A stretch of DNA of 64,000 nt from Alphaproteobacteria bacterium (GTDB taxonomy: Bacteria > Pseudomonadota > Alphaproteobacteria > CAAGCB01 > CAG-977): the NCBI GenBank assembly GCA_017616015.1, contig JAFZYY010000029.1, forward strand, positions 2,101 to 66,100. The letters are read 5' to 3'. Positions 9,742 through 20,096 of the stretch are shown here, in pieces (position 1 is the stretch's first letter; every line of letters starts with the position of its first letter). The notes beneath the pieces were generated by a model. That model was given only the letters and a program-made list of their open reading frames with translations. It had not been told where the DNA came from and did no database searches. The translations under genes were made by a program, and so were the position numbers.

Positions 9742-11016
9742 ATGGCAGAAGAAAAAAACGACCAACATACGGAAGAAGTTCAGGAAAATTCCGTCCCCGA
9801 GGAAACTGTTAAAAAAGACGAAACAATTGTGACGAACAATCAAACGCCGGAAGAACAGAGCAAAAAGAACGGCGGATTCGGAAAGGTTGTTTTCTTTCTG
9901 CTTGTGCTGATTATCGCCGGATTGTTTGGCGTTCCGCAAACACGTGAAACGATTTTGGAACAATATCATGCGCTTTTGCCGGCTTTTCAGCCCGCTGAGG
10001 AAAATGTAAAAGCTTCGCCCGCGAAAGAAGAAATTGTTATTGAAGCGGAAGAAATTAATAGTCGTTTGGAGCAGTTGGAAAACGCGCGCGAATTTGAAAA
10101 CGCGGAAGTCGTTGTCGCTACTGCCGAACCGCAAGCTCCGTCCGTAACGGAAGATCCGGCGTACGTTATTCTGGCCGATCAGCAAAAAGCTTTGTTGGCC
10201 GAAATCGAACGGCTACGGGCGCAGTTGGATCAGGTCAAAGCGGATAACGAACGGCAAATAAAAGCCTTGAGAGCGATTATACCGAATACGCGCAGATTTG
10301 ACGAACGTCTTGCCGCCGTGCATGCGCGCGAAGACGCGCTTGAGCAGCAGATGACACAGGAAAGTCTGAAGCTCGGCCGTTTGGAAAAGAATAAAGCGGA
10401 CGCTTCTTCAGTTTTGTCTTTAATGACGCGTATGGAAGCCGCCGAACAAAAATTGCGCGTGTCCAATGTGGAAAAAGAACGCGCGATCGCTTTGATGCTG
10501 GCAGTTTATCAGTTGCGCGAAGCGTCTGTTGCCGGAAATCCGTTTACAATGGAATTGCAGTCCGTTATGGCGCTGGCGCAGTCTTTTCCCAGAATAGCTG
10601 ATTATGCCCGTACTTTGTCGGCAATAGCCGGACGCGGCGTGCAGACGCAGACATCGTTGTTGCGGTCGTTTGATACTTATGCGGATCAGGCGGTTTTGGC
10701 TGAAACGATCAGCTCAAAACAGGATTGGTTCCATCAGGCTTTGAATTCGTTAAAGACTTTGGTCGTTATCAGAAAAATCGGCGCGTCGGACGATATGACA
10801 ACACAATCAATTCTGGCGCGCGCCAATCTGGCTGTTCAGGATAAAGATTTGGAGGAAGCCGCTCTGATCCTGAAGGATTTGCAGGGAAAAGCCGCTACCG
10901 CAATGCGGGAATGGACTCAGGAAGTCAGTCGTTACTTAACCGTGAAAAAGACGGTTAACCAAATGATTTCGGCGGTTTTAGGCATTGTGTATGCCGAACA
11001 GCTGAAGGGAGAATAG
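9742..11016 (+). CDS. HemX-like single-pass membrane coiled-coil protein (COG4223)
   Basis: GGGAGG RBS. Acidic N-terminus, one TM helix (VVFFLLVLIIAGLFGV), then a long coiled coil. Sits immediately upstream of a hemY-like gene. Confidence 0.55.
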   Translation: MAEEKNDQHTEEVQENSVPEETVKKDETIVTNNQTPEEQSKKNGGFGKVVFFLLVLIIAGLFGVPQTRETILEQYHALLPAFQPAEENVKASPAKEEIVIEAEEINSRLEQLENAREFENAEVVVATAEPQAPSVTEDPAYVILADQQKALLAEIERLRAQLDQVKADNERQIKALRAIIPNTRRFDERLAAVHAREDALEQQMTQESLKLGRLEKNKADASSVLSLMTRMEAAEQKLRVSNVEKERAIALMLAVYQLREASVAGNPFTMELQSVMALAQSFPRIADYARTLSAIAGRGVQTQTSLLRSFDTYADQAVLAETISSKQDWFHQALNSLKTLVVIRKIGASDDMTTQSILARANLAVQDKDLEEAALILKDLQGKAATAMREWTQEVSRYLTVKKTVNQMISAVLGIVYAEQLKGE

Positions 11017-11019
11017 CCG

Positions 11020-12327
11020 ATGATCAGAATTGTTTGGAATGCGTTTCTGTTAGGCGTAATTGCTTTGGCGGCGGCATGGCTTTCGAATAATCCGGGATCG
11101 GTTCGTCTGGAGTGGATCGGGTATTCGGTACAGACCTCTGTGGCCGTTATTATCAGCGTTGTCATTATAGTTTATGCCGTTTTCTATGCGTTTTTGGCAA
11201 AACCGTTATTGTTGGCAACGCAAAAAATAGCGTATTGGCTAGGGGCGGATAAGCGCGCGCAGAAAATCGCCAAATCGAAAATCGATAAAGAAGTCGATCG
11301 TTACACGCTTTTAGGCAAAGGCTTGACGGCTTTGGCGGCGGGGGATATTCCCGCGGCTGAAAAGTTGTCCGCTCAAATCAGAAAAGGATTTGCCGATGAC
11401 GAAACAAAAATAGTCGTTTTTGAAGCGCAGCTGGCGGAAGCAAAAAATAACACGGTGGAAGCTATGCGTCTGTATGACGAATTAGCGGAAAATCCGGAAA
11501 CACATTTGCTGGGTATGCGGGGCAAAGTCAGATTGTATCGCCTGACTGGCAATCTGGCGCAGGCGACGGAAGTTTGCGCCGAGTTACTGACAATGAAGAA
11601 TCCGCCGCAATGGGTTTTGTCGGAAGCGTTTGAATTGCAAATTCATGAACAGCAGTGGGCGCAGGCAATCGCCACATTGGAAAAAGCGCTGAAACACGGT
11701 TTGTTCGACAAGCTGACGGCCAAGCGGTTGAAAGCGTCCGTTTTATTGGAACAGGCGGCGGTCACGACGGAAGAAACCGAAAAGGAAAAGCTGATTCGCG
11801 AAGCGTATGAAACGGATAAAACTTTTGTGCGGGCGGCCGTTCAGACGGCGGAATTGGATATCGCCAAAGGCGATCTGAAAAAAGCGCGGCGGCTGTTGCA
11901 GAAGTTGTGGAAAATTTCTCCCAGCTGGGCGGTTTACGAAGTGTATCTGACGCTGACGGAAAAGGAAACGCCGATTGAAGCCGTCAAAGACGTGGAGGAA
12001 TTGGTCGCCGAAAATCCCGAAGCGAAAATCAACGATCTGATTTTCGCGGACTGTTCTTTGCGCGCGCGACTGTGGGGACAGGCCAAAACATCGGTGACAA
12101 AATATTTGGAGGCTCACCCCGATTCAAAACGGGCGTTGATGATGGCGCAGGAAATCGCCGCGTACAATCAGGACGAACAGGCCGCGGAAGAATATCGGGA
12201 ACGGGCGGAAAAAGCGCCGGTCGAGTTGCCGTATTTCTGCGAAGTTTGCCATACGCCGTTTGAAAAGGATCATACGACTTGTCCGGCGTGTCATACGTTA
12301 GGGGCGATTCATTTGTCCGAAGTGTAG
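11020..12327 (+). CDS. HemY-like protein (HemY_N domain plus TPR, Cys-rich C-terminus)
   Basis: The N-terminal pattern MIRIVWNAFLLGVIALAAAW...VRLEWIGYSV matches the HemY N-terminal membrane domain. TPR-like repeats follow. The C-terminus has a CEVCHTPFEKDHTTCPACHT zinc-ribbon-like motif. Confidence 0.65.
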   Translation: MIRIVWNAFLLGVIALAAAWLSNNPGSVRLEWIGYSVQTSVAVIISVVIIVYAVFYAFLAKPLLLATQKIAYWLGADKRAQKIAKSKIDKEVDRYTLLGKGLTALAAGDIPAAEKLSAQIRKGFADDETKIVVFEAQLAEAKNNTVEAMRLYDELAENPETHLLGMRGKVRLYRLTGNLAQATEVCAELLTMKNPPQWVLSEAFELQIHEQQWAQAIATLEKALKHGLFDKLTAKRLKASVLLEQAAVTTEETEKEKLIREAYETDKTFVRAAVQTAELDIAKGDLKKARRLLQKLWKISPSWAVYEVYLTLTEKETPIEAVKDVEELVAENPEAKINDLIFADCSLRARLWGQAKTSVTKYLEAHPDSKRALMMAQEIAAYNQDEQAAEEYRERAEKAPVELPYFCEVCHTPFEKDHTTCPACHTLGAIHLSEV

Positions 12328-12352
12328 TTTTACTCAATATATAATATATATA

Positions 12353-12389
12353 AGGCGCTCTGAAATTTTAGGGCGCCTTTAATTTTTTC
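12353..12389 (+). terminator. Rho-independent terminator after the hemY-like gene
   Basis: Hairpin GGCGCtctgaaattttagGGCGCC followed by TTTAATTTTTTC. Confidence 0.6.
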
Positions 12390-12697
12390 TTATTTTAATA
12401 ATATTTCACAGTATTGTTTTTATTATTTAAAATAACTATTACAAAATTATATTTATTATGTTTATATTATCGCTCGGTTTAAATACTTTTATTGTATTTA
12501 TACCTTCGCTCACAGAAGTGACGGAGCCTTGAAGACTTTTACAGGAACAGGTCTTGGTATGATTTTAAAAGAGGAGTACCAGAAAGGTGTTCATAATTGT
12601 TTCTATATGGAAAATTATCTGTAATTTTCTCAGGTTTTCCGATGGTTTATGAGGGCGTCCTTTCTTTGATCGACTGTATGATTTTGGGGGAACTATT

Positions 12698-13810
12698 ATG
12701 AAACAATCCAAAGCGACTGTAATAAAACCGATTATGCGTTCTCGGACTGTTTTAAATAAATGTTTGTGGCTGAATGCGTTGGCTTTTGTTCTATGCGTTC
12801 CGGCTGTTCAGGCGTTTGACGATTTTAGTTTCTCCTCGGGTGAAAAAGTAATTTCAGGAAAGGAAGAATATCTCGACGTAAACATTTCCGGAGGAGAACT
12901 GCGGTTTTTAAATACCGGAAGACTTCTTGCCAAAAATATTTCCATTTCCGGCGGAACTTTTTCAGGTCCGGTGAATATGCGGGCGAATAATTTGGAAATT
13001 TCCGGCGGCGATTTTAGCGCGGGCGGCGATTATACAGCCGGTTCGGCTTCTGTTTGGGCAAAGGGCATGTATAATAAAGCCAGACTTTCCGGAGAGAACG
13101 GATTCAATTCCGATTCGACGGGCTTTGCGGCGGGAGTAGAGTATCATAATGATGATTCTTTTAAAGCCGGTTTCGGCTATGTCTATACGGTTTCCGGCAT
13201 TAACACAACTTGGAGCAAAACGGACGCCGATGCTCATTCCGGATTTGTTTATGGCGAATACAAACCGTCCGCTTTTTACATTAACGGTATTTTGAGCTAC
13301 GGATTTTCAAAATATGATGAAAAAACGCGTTTGCTCGGATTGAAGAGTGAATACGATACTGAAACGCTGGCGTTTCAAGCATTGACGGGATATATGTTTG
13401 GTCTTTTAACTCCGGAAGCCGGCATTCGTTATACGAAAGCGTTTCAAAAGTCTTATATAAACGCATTGGGCGTTAAAATGGACAATCAAAAGCTTGAAAC
13501 TTGGACGGGCGTTGTCGGCATGAAAGTTTCAAAAGATTTGCGTCTGGCAAAATATATGATTACGCCGGAAGCAAAAATTTCTTTAACGTATGATTTTCAG
13601 CGCGAAGATTTCAAGCGTACGGTAACTTTGGCAAACGGTTCCAGCTATGTTGTGGAAGGGGAAAGCCTGAAACGCGCCGGCGTTGAAATCGGCGGAGGCG
13701 TTTCCGTGAAAGCGGGAAGCCATACGGATATCGGCGTATCTTATGAAGGAAAATTTAAAAAAGATTATGCCGATCATACGGGATTGCTGAATATAAAATA
13801 TAATTTCTAA
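12698..13810 (+). CDS. Small autotransporter with an extended signal peptide and a C-terminal beta-barrel translocator
   Basis: Long N-terminal signal region ending AVQA. Short Gly-rich passenger. The C-terminal approximately 270 aa have alternating amphipathic beta strands and end in an aromatic residue (…IKYNF), typical of an autotransporter beta domain. Confidence 0.65.
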   Translation: MKQSKATVIKPIMRSRTVLNKCLWLNALAFVLCVPAVQAFDDFSFSSGEKVISGKEEYLDVNISGGELRFLNTGRLLAKNISISGGTFSGPVNMRANNLEISGGDFSAGGDYTAGSASVWAKGMYNKARLSGENGFNSDSTGFAAGVEYHNDDSFKAGFGYVYTVSGINTTWSKTDADAHSGFVYGEYKPSAFYINGILSYGFSKYDEKTRLLGLKSEYDTETLAFQALTGYMFGLLTPEAGIRYTKAFQKSYINALGVKMDNQKLETWTGVVGMKVSKDLRLAKYMITPEAKISLTYDFQREDFKRTVTLANGSSYVVEGESLKRAGVEIGGGVSVKAGSHTDIGVSYEGKFKKDYADHTGLLNIKYNF

Positions 13811-13811
13811 T

Positions 13812-14294
13812 CTATCCGTTTCTGACCGCTTCTATAAACGGCATAAATTCGTCGACAACCTGTCGGTAAACATCGCGCTTGAACGGAACGATCATATCGA
13901 CGATTTTTTCAACGGTTGTCCATTGCCATTGGTTGAATTCGGGATCCGGTTTGTCCAGATTGATTTCGCTTTCATCGCCGGTGAACTGGAATAAAAACCA
14001 TTTTTGTCTCTGACCGACAAAAGCTTTTTTCTTTTCACTGATGAAATGAACGCCTGCCGGAAAATCATAAGAATACCATTTTGTGCTTTCCGCAATCAGC
14101 GTGACGGAAGTAATGTTTGTTTCTTCGTACAGTTCGCGCAAGGCGGCGGTATATTCGTCTTCGCCTTTGTCAATACCGCCCTGCGGCATTTGCCATGCCT
14201 GTTTGCGGGAATCCGTCCGATGCGCCATAAAGACATCGCCCGATGCGTTTAATACCATAATTCCGACATTAGGGCGATAAAGTTTTTCCATCAT
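13812..14294 (-). CDS. rppH: RNA pyrophosphohydrolase (NUDIX)
   Basis: MMEKLYRPNVGIMVLN... plus the Nudix box GGIDKGEDEYTAALRELYEETN. Confidence 0.85.
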   Translation of the reverse strand: MMEKLYRPNVGIMVLNASGDVFMAHRTDSRKQAWQMPQGGIDKGEDEYTAALRELYEETNITSVTLIAESTKWYSYDFPAGVHFISEKKKAFVGQRQKWFLFQFTGDESEINLDKPDPEFNQWQWTTVEKIVDMIVPFKRDVYRQVVDEFMPFIEAVRNG

Positions 14295-15895
14295 TGTTCT
14301 TTTTCCTTTTGGGCTGAAACGTAATAAGACAAAGGAACAAAAGCGACTTCGGGAACAGGTTTCTGGTCGGTCGGAGCAAAAGACTTCAGCCATTCTACGG
14401 TTGTCAGTAACGTGATTGGCACGGCTTCAATACGCACAAAGGCCGCTCCTTTTTTCAAAGCGATTTGACGCGCTTTTTCCAATCTGGCGCGAATAGCCGC
14501 GCGGTGAAACTCGTTTGCGATATGCACATCGGGACGAAGCGTGTTTTTGAAAACAGGCATGCGCGGGTTATCGGTTCCGTTGATATAAATTAAACCGCGA
14601 GTTACGATGTCTTCAAAGAACGGTTTCATTTGCGTTCCGGAATAAGAAAAATTTTCGTTTGCGGTAGCCGTTATGCCGATATATGCGACATCTTGCCCCA
14701 ACACTTTATACAGGCGTTTCCTGTTTTCCTGTTCCGGCAATCCGGAAACCAATCCCAGAGGCCCCGGATCCGTATCGGGAAAAGCGCCTTGTTGCATAGG
14801 CAGATCCAATAAGGTTTCGTGCCCCGTTCTGCGGGCGTCCGCGATATAAGTCTTTAATTTTTCCGCATAAGGGCTGAAAGAAAGAGAAACCGTATCAGGC
14901 AAAGCGGTAATTGCGGCTTGCGTCGCGTTGTCCCGTTTTCCCAATCCGGAAAACAAAATGGCTATATATGGTCCTTTCGGGGGCATTTCCAGTTTCTTTT
15001 GATAGGCGGAAAAAGGCGAATGCCCTTTATGTTGAATCGGCAGTTTGCCATAGTGAGATTCTTTGCGTAATTCGGGTAAAGGCTCGATGATATGCAAAGG
15101 AACAATATTCTGAGAGGCGCTTTTTTTTATCAGACCGAAATCCGGTAAAGAAGCTATAAGATTTGTTTGAACCAAATCCGGGTGAGGCAAATCGTCTTTT
15201 TGATAGAATAACGGAACGATTGGTTTTCCAGGTTCTGTTACCCGCAGTTTTTTTTCAGAAGCGGCGGTTTCTTTTTTGGGAGAAGGAGATTGTTTGTCTT
15301 CAGCCTTTTTATTTTCTTCCGACGGCTTTATAGCTTCCGAAGCGGAAGAAGACGCGTCTGCGGTATTTGAGTCGGCACTTTTTTGTTTTTCCAGTTCCAA
15401 ACGTTCCTGATGCAGTTTTTCAATTTCTTCCAACTTTTTCTGGTTTTCGGCATCTTGTTCCTGCTGTAATTCCCGCAAAGCGTCGTTTTCCGGCTGTACG
15501 GACGTTTCGGATTGTATAAGCGTTTCAGGTTCTGTAGTTTTTTCCACGATTTCCCTGAAAGCTTCCGCCGTTTGTTCAAAGTTTTCCCGTTCTTTTTCAA
15601 GTTGCTCTATCAGACGAGTATCCGATTCCGTCGGCATTTGATGATCTTCCGGCTTGTTTTGAGGCGGCTGCGGATCTATTAAAGCCTCTTTTTGCGCGTT
15701 CGGATCCGTTTGCGACAGATAATAAATCGTTTGCATAGGAGGCTTTCTGAAAAAGCTTATGTATATGCCGATGATCATAAATAAAAAAGAAACGGCCGCC
15801 AGTACGGAAACGACTTTGAAAGCCCGTTTCTTGCCGGCGATTAATCCTTCTCCGGAAAAAGGAGAAAAAGAGTTTTTTTGATCGAAAAACGGCAT
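14291..15895 (-). CDS. Divergent polysaccharide deacetylase (YibQ-like) membrane-anchored protein with an acidic, Gln/Glu-rich linker
   Basis: N-terminal TM helix, a low-complexity E/K/Q linker, and a C-terminal domain with the YibQ-family pattern (…YIAILFSGLG…TLLDLPMQ…). The conserved neighbourhood ctpA-yibQ-rppH supports the call. Confidence 0.65.
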   Translation of the reverse strand: MPFFDQKNSFSPFSGEGLIAGKKRAFKVVSVLAAVSFLFMIIGIYISFFRKPPMQTIYYLSQTDPNAQKEALIDPQPPQNKPEDHQMPTESDTRLIEQLEKERENFEQTAEAFREIVEKTTEPETLIQSETSVQPENDALRELQQEQDAENQKKLEEIEKLHQERLELEKQKSADSNTADASSSASEAIKPSEENKKAEDKQSPSPKKETAASEKKLRVTEPGKPIVPLFYQKDDLPHPDLVQTNLIASLPDFGLIKKSASQNIVPLHIIEPLPELRKESHYGKLPIQHKGHSPFSAYQKKLEMPPKGPYIAILFSGLGKRDNATQAAITALPDTVSLSFSPYAEKLKTYIADARRTGHETLLDLPMQQGAFPDTDPGPLGLVSGLPEQENRKRLYKVLGQDVAYIGITATANENFSYSGTQMKPFFEDIVTRGLIYINGTDNPRMPVFKNTLRPDVHIANEFHRAAIRARLEKARQIALKKGAAFVRIEAVPITLLTTVEWLKSFAPTDQKPVPEVAFVPLSYYVSAQKEKEQ

Positions 15896-15903
15896 TTTCG
15901 TTC

Positions 15904-17265
15904 CTATCTTGACTGGTAAATCCCCATCGCTTTGACAATATCGATCGCGCGATCCAGCTGATAATCTTCAGGCTTTTTTTCTTCCTTGGGTTTTTCTTCA
16001 AACGGATCGGGTTCTTTTTCTTTTTTCTTTTTGGTCTTTTTGTCTTTCAGCGTTTTATTTTTGGAAATGCCGGCTTTGTCTTCGTCCTGCTTAGCCAAAG
16101 CATTGGGCAAAGTGGCTTCGGCAAAGTCGTCGGAACGCAAAGCGTAATATTCGACATGACCGGGCGGAATTTCAATGTCGGGCTCAATCCCTTTCGCCTG
16201 AATGGAACGGCCGGACGGAGTATAATAACGCGCCGTCGTTAAGCGGATCGCGCCGAATCCCGTTACCGGAATAACCGTTTGAACAGATCCTTTTCCGAAC
16301 GAACGCATGCCGACGATAACGGCGCGCTTGTGATCCTGTAAAGCGCCGGCAACGATTTCCGCTGCGGAAGCCGAACCTTCGTTAATCAAAACGACAATCG
16401 GTTTGTTTTTGGTGATGTCGCCTTTCGTCGCGTTATAGCGCTGCATTTCCTCGGCGCGGCGCGGACGTGTGGAAACGATTTCTCCTTCGTCCAGGAACAG
16501 GTCGGCGACCGATACCGCCTGATCCAGCAGACCACCCGGATTATTGCGCAGATCAAGGATATAACCTACCAGTCCTTCCGGATTGTCTTTTTGAATCTTG
16601 GCAAATGTTTTTTTCAAATCGTCCGTTGTCGTTTCGCTGAAGGAAGAAATACGGATATAGCCGACGGACGGATCTTTTTCTTCGGTTTTAACCGAACGGA
16701 TTTTAATGTTGTCGCGCGTTATCGTAACGTCGAACGGTTCTTTATTTTTCCGGCGGATCGTCAGTTTGACTTTTGATTTAACGGGACCGCGCATTTTTTC
16801 AACGGCTTGCGTCAGCGTTTCGCCCAAAACGGTCGTGCCGTCAATGTGGGTGATGTAATCGCCCGCCTGAATGCCCGCTTTAAAGGCCGGCGTGTCGTCA
16901 ATCGGGGAAATGACTTTGATCCAGCCGTTGTCCATCGTGACTTCGATGCCCAGACCGCCGAATTCGCCTTTGGTCTGCTCGCGCATGTCTTTGAATGTGT
17001 CCGCGTCCAGATAAGACGAATGCGGATCCAAAGAAGACAACATGCCGTTAATCGCGTATTCGATCAGCTTATCTTCCTTTACTTCTTCCACATAATCCGT
17101 TTTGGCGCGTTTCAGCGTTTCGCTGAAAACGTTCAGATATTTGTAAACGGAAGCGGCCTGTTCTGCTTTATTTTCTTCTTTTTTAGCCGTTTCTTTGGCT
17201 AAGGTCTGGTCTGAAAACGAAAATGCTAAAAGTGTCATCGCTACGGTTAAGCTGAAACGTTTCAT
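15904..17265 (-). CDS. ctpA: Carboxyl-terminal processing protease (S41)
   Basis: Signal peptide, PDZ domain, and S41 catalytic region (…GSASAAEIVAGALQD…) with a K-rich C-terminal tail. Confidence 0.85.
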   Translation of the reverse strand: MKRFSLTVAMTLLAFSFSDQTLAKETAKKEENKAEQAASVYKYLNVFSETLKRAKTDYVEEVKEDKLIEYAINGMLSSLDPHSSYLDADTFKDMREQTKGEFGGLGIEVTMDNGWIKVISPIDDTPAFKAGIQAGDYITHIDGTTVLGETLTQAVEKMRGPVKSKVKLTIRRKNKEPFDVTITRDNIKIRSVKTEEKDPSVGYIRISSFSETTTDDLKKTFAKIQKDNPEGLVGYILDLRNNPGGLLDQAVSVADLFLDEGEIVSTRPRRAEEMQRYNATKGDITKNKPIVVLINEGSASAAEIVAGALQDHKRAVIVGMRSFGKGSVQTVIPVTGFGAIRLTTARYYTPSGRSIQAKGIEPDIEIPPGHVEYYALRSDDFAEATLPNALAKQDEDKAGISKNKTLKDKKTKKKKEKEPDPFEEKPKEEKKPEDYQLDRAIDIVKAMGIYQSR

Positions 17266-17277
17266 TTTTTCTTCCTT

Positions 17278-18447
17278 TTATCCTTTTTTGCTTTGGCTCA
17301 GCCAACCGGCGGGATTGATCGGCTGTCCGTTCTTTCTGAGTTCAATATACAACGTTGGTTTTGTTTGCGCCACCATTATTCCGACGGGTTCGCCGGCTAA
17401 GAGCGATTGCCCGACAGAAGTGTCCAATCGGCCTATGCCGGCCAGCAAAGTATGGTAACCGTCGCCGTGTTCGATGATGACCAGCTGACCGTAACCGCGG
17501 AAAGGTCCGGCGAACAGAACAGTCCCATCATACGGCGAAATAACTTGCGCATTGGCGCGGGTGGCGATCGTAATTCCTTTGGAGGTAACGCCCGTCTCCG
17601 TTTTTTCGCCGAATGTTTTTACGACCGTTCCTTTCACGGGGTAGGGAATACGACCTTTAGCCGACATGAAAGCGCCGGTCGGGATTTCCTGTCTTTTGAC
17701 GTTTGTCCGGCGGCTGTCGGCTTCCAATTTTGCCAACAATTCTTTCAGGTCGCCGGCCTGCTTTGCCAGATCTTCCGCACGGGCTTTCGCGCGCGAGCTT
17801 TCGCTGGCGAAAGCGGTCTGTAACTGCGATTTCTTTTTAATCAAAACGTTCATGTCGCGACGTTTTTCGTCAAGCCGTTTCGCCATTGTTTTGATTTGAG
17901 CGTATTGGGCGCGGATTGCCGTTGTCAGACTGGCAATACGGTTTAAATCTTTGCGCAGTCCTTCCGTTGAAAATTCCAGTCGTGGAACGGCTTCTCGCAG
18001 CAAAAGAGCGCTTCTCAGCGTATCCTGCGGCGCCAGAGGTTGCGCCAGTAACGCTTCCGTCGGTTTGAACGCCAAAGACTGCAAAGCGCCCAAAACGTGC
18101 ATGCGTTGAGCTTTGCGAATATCCAGACGCTTTTTCATCAGGGATTGCTGCATTTCGAATTCGGCCAGCTTTTGTTCCAGCCGGTTCAGGCTTTCTTCCT
18201 GTTCCTGAATGGAACCGGCCGCGGCGACCATTTTTTTTCGCACGTCCAGAATTTCCTTTTGGACGTTCTGGGCTTTTTCGCGCAGTTGTTTGTGCTCTTT
18301 TTTAGCCTGCTCGATCTGACTGGTGACGCGGGACAGCTCGCTTTTTGCCGAATCCGGATTTTCTATCGAGGCAAAAGAAAAGGACGCCGAAAGAATGCTC
18401 GCCGACAAGGCAAAGCAAAATAGTCCGGTCGTCCTTTTTAAAGCCAT
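17278..18447 (-). CDS. Murein hydrolase activator / M23 peptidase (EnvC/NlpD-like)
   Basis: Signal peptide and a long coiled coil, with a C-terminal LytM/M23 domain (…VIIEHGDGYHTLLAG…). Confidence 0.8.
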   Translation of the reverse strand: MALKRTTGLFCFALSASILSASFSFASIENPDSAKSELSRVTSQIEQAKKEHKQLREKAQNVQKEILDVRKKMVAAAGSIQEQEESLNRLEQKLAEFEMQQSLMKKRLDIRKAQRMHVLGALQSLAFKPTEALLAQPLAPQDTLRSALLLREAVPRLEFSTEGLRKDLNRIASLTTAIRAQYAQIKTMAKRLDEKRRDMNVLIKKKSQLQTAFASESSRAKARAEDLAKQAGDLKELLAKLEADSRRTNVKRQEIPTGAFMSAKGRIPYPVKGTVVKTFGEKTETGVTSKGITIATRANAQVISPYDGTVLFAGPFRGYGQLVIIEHGDGYHTLLAGIGRLDTSVGQSLLAGEPVGIMVAQTKPTLYIELRKNGQPINPAGWLSQSKKG

Positions 18448-18449
18448 AT

Positions 18450-20006
18450 TTATTTTACCAGCAGAGATTTACCCGTCATTTCCGCCGGCTGTTCGATGCC
18501 GAGCAGTTGCAACAGCGTCGGCGCCAGGTCGGCCAAGCGTCCGCCTTCGCGCAGTTTATAGCCGTTCTTGTCGTTGAACAGAACGACGGGGACTTCAAAC
18601 GTCGTGTGCGCCGTATAGGGGGCGCCCGTTTTTTCGTCTTTCATCAGTTCGCAGTTGCCGTGATCCGCCGTAATCAGCATCACGCCGCCGACTTTTTTCA
18701 TCGCTTCTTCCAGCCGGCCGAGGCACTTGTCGACGGCCTGCGTCGCTTTGATCGCGGCGTCCAGAATGCCGGTGTGACCGACCATGTCGCCGTTTGCAAA
18801 GTTGACGACGATGACGTCGAATTTTTCTTCGGTGATCGCGTTGACCAGAGCGTCGCAGACTTCAAAAGCGCTCATTTCCGGTTTTAAGTCGTAAGTCGCG
18901 ACTTTCGGGGACGGGATCAAAATCCGTTCTTCGCCTTTGAACAGGCGTTCTTCACCGCCGTTAAAGAAGAAAGTCACGTGCGCGTACTTTTCCGTTTCGG
19001 CGATGCGCAACTGCGACAATCCCGCTTTGGAAACAACTTCGCCGAAGATGTTGCTTAATTGTTCGGGCGGGAAAATCGGCTTTACGAAGCGGTCATGATC
19101 AACCGAATATTGCGTCATACCGACGACGGCGGAAAACCTGACCGTTTTGGCGCGGGCGAATTTGTCAAACGGCGTGTCGGCCAGAGCGTACATGATTTCG
19201 CGGGCGCGGTCGGAACGGAAGTTCGCGAACAAAATCGCGTCGCCGTCGTTCATACCCTTGTAGTCGCCGATAACGGCGGGAACGACGAATTCGTCATAAA
19301 CTTTCTGGTCGTAAGACGCCTGAATCGCGGCTTCGGCGGTCGGCTGAGCGACTCCTTTTCCCATCATCAACGCGTTGAAAGCCAGTTCGATACGATCCCA
19401 ACGGTTGTCACGGTCCATCGCGTAATAGCGGCCGGATACCGTGCCGATGCGGACGTTGTTCATCGCTTTGATTTTGGCTTCAAAGTCTTTCACATAGCCC
19501 AAAGCGGAATCGGGCGGCACGTCGCGGCCGTCCAGAAAAGCGTGAACGACGACGGGAATGCCGGCTTCGCTGACGATTTTCGCCAGTCCGACGATGTGAT
19601 TCATGTGGGAATGAACGCCGCCCGGGCTCATCAGTCCCATCAGATGACAGGTGCCTTTTGAGTCCTTTAAGGCCTTGATTAAATTTTCGACTGCGGGACG
19701 ATGCGCCAGAGAGCCGTTCTCCACCGCCTGATCGATTTTCGGCAGGTCCTGCATGACGACGCGGCCGGCGCCGATGTTCATGTGACCGACTTCGGAATTG
19801 CCCATCTGTCCTTTCGGCAGACCGACGTCCAGACCGGACGTGGCGATCAGCGTGTTCGGATAATCGGCGATCAGTTTGTGCCAATTCGGCGTGTCGCCCA
19901 TTTCGATGGCGTTGTCCTGCTTGTTTTCACGGTGTCCCCAACCGTCCAGAATGCACAGCATGACGGGGCGGGGTCTTTTGGTTTCTTCCATAATCGTAGC
20001 CTCCAA
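18450..20006 (-). CDS. gpmI: 2,3-bisphosphoglycerate-independent phosphoglycerate mutase
   Basis: KRPRPVMLCILDGWG N-terminus and overall iPGM architecture. 518 aa. The true start may be a few codons internal. Confidence 0.9.
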   Translation of the reverse strand: MEATIMEETKRPRPVMLCILDGWGHRENKQDNAIEMGDTPNWHKLIADYPNTLIATSGLDVGLPKGQMGNSEVGHMNIGAGRVVMQDLPKIDQAVENGSLAHRPAVENLIKALKDSKGTCHLMGLMSPGGVHSHMNHIVGLAKIVSEAGIPVVVHAFLDGRDVPPDSALGYVKDFEAKIKAMNNVRIGTVSGRYYAMDRDNRWDRIELAFNALMMGKGVAQPTAEAAIQASYDQKVYDEFVVPAVIGDYKGMNDGDAILFANFRSDRAREIMYALADTPFDKFARAKTVRFSAVVGMTQYSVDHDRFVKPIFPPEQLSNIFGEVVSKAGLSQLRIAETEKYAHVTFFFNGGEERLFKGEERILIPSPKVATYDLKPEMSAFEVCDALVNAITEEKFDVIVVNFANGDMVGHTGILDAAIKATQAVDKCLGRLEEAMKKVGGVMLITADHGNCELMKDEKTGAPYTAHTTFEVPVVLFNDKNGYKLREGGRLADLAPTLLQLLGIEQPAEMTGKSLLVK

Positions 20007-20096
20007 ATCAAAATGTCAGAATTTTGCGCTCACTATAATACAAAACTTTGCGTTTGACACTCTGAAAAATGGATTGGTTGGAAGAAAATAAATACG

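Noticed and set aside
18345-19661. Plus-strand ORFs (180 and 200 aa) and an Arg-rich 134-aa minus-frame ORF (19480-19884) inside gpmI
   Set aside because: They overlap the strongly supported gpmI frame. They are low-complexity and Arg-rich, as expected from the alternate frames of a GC-rich coding region.
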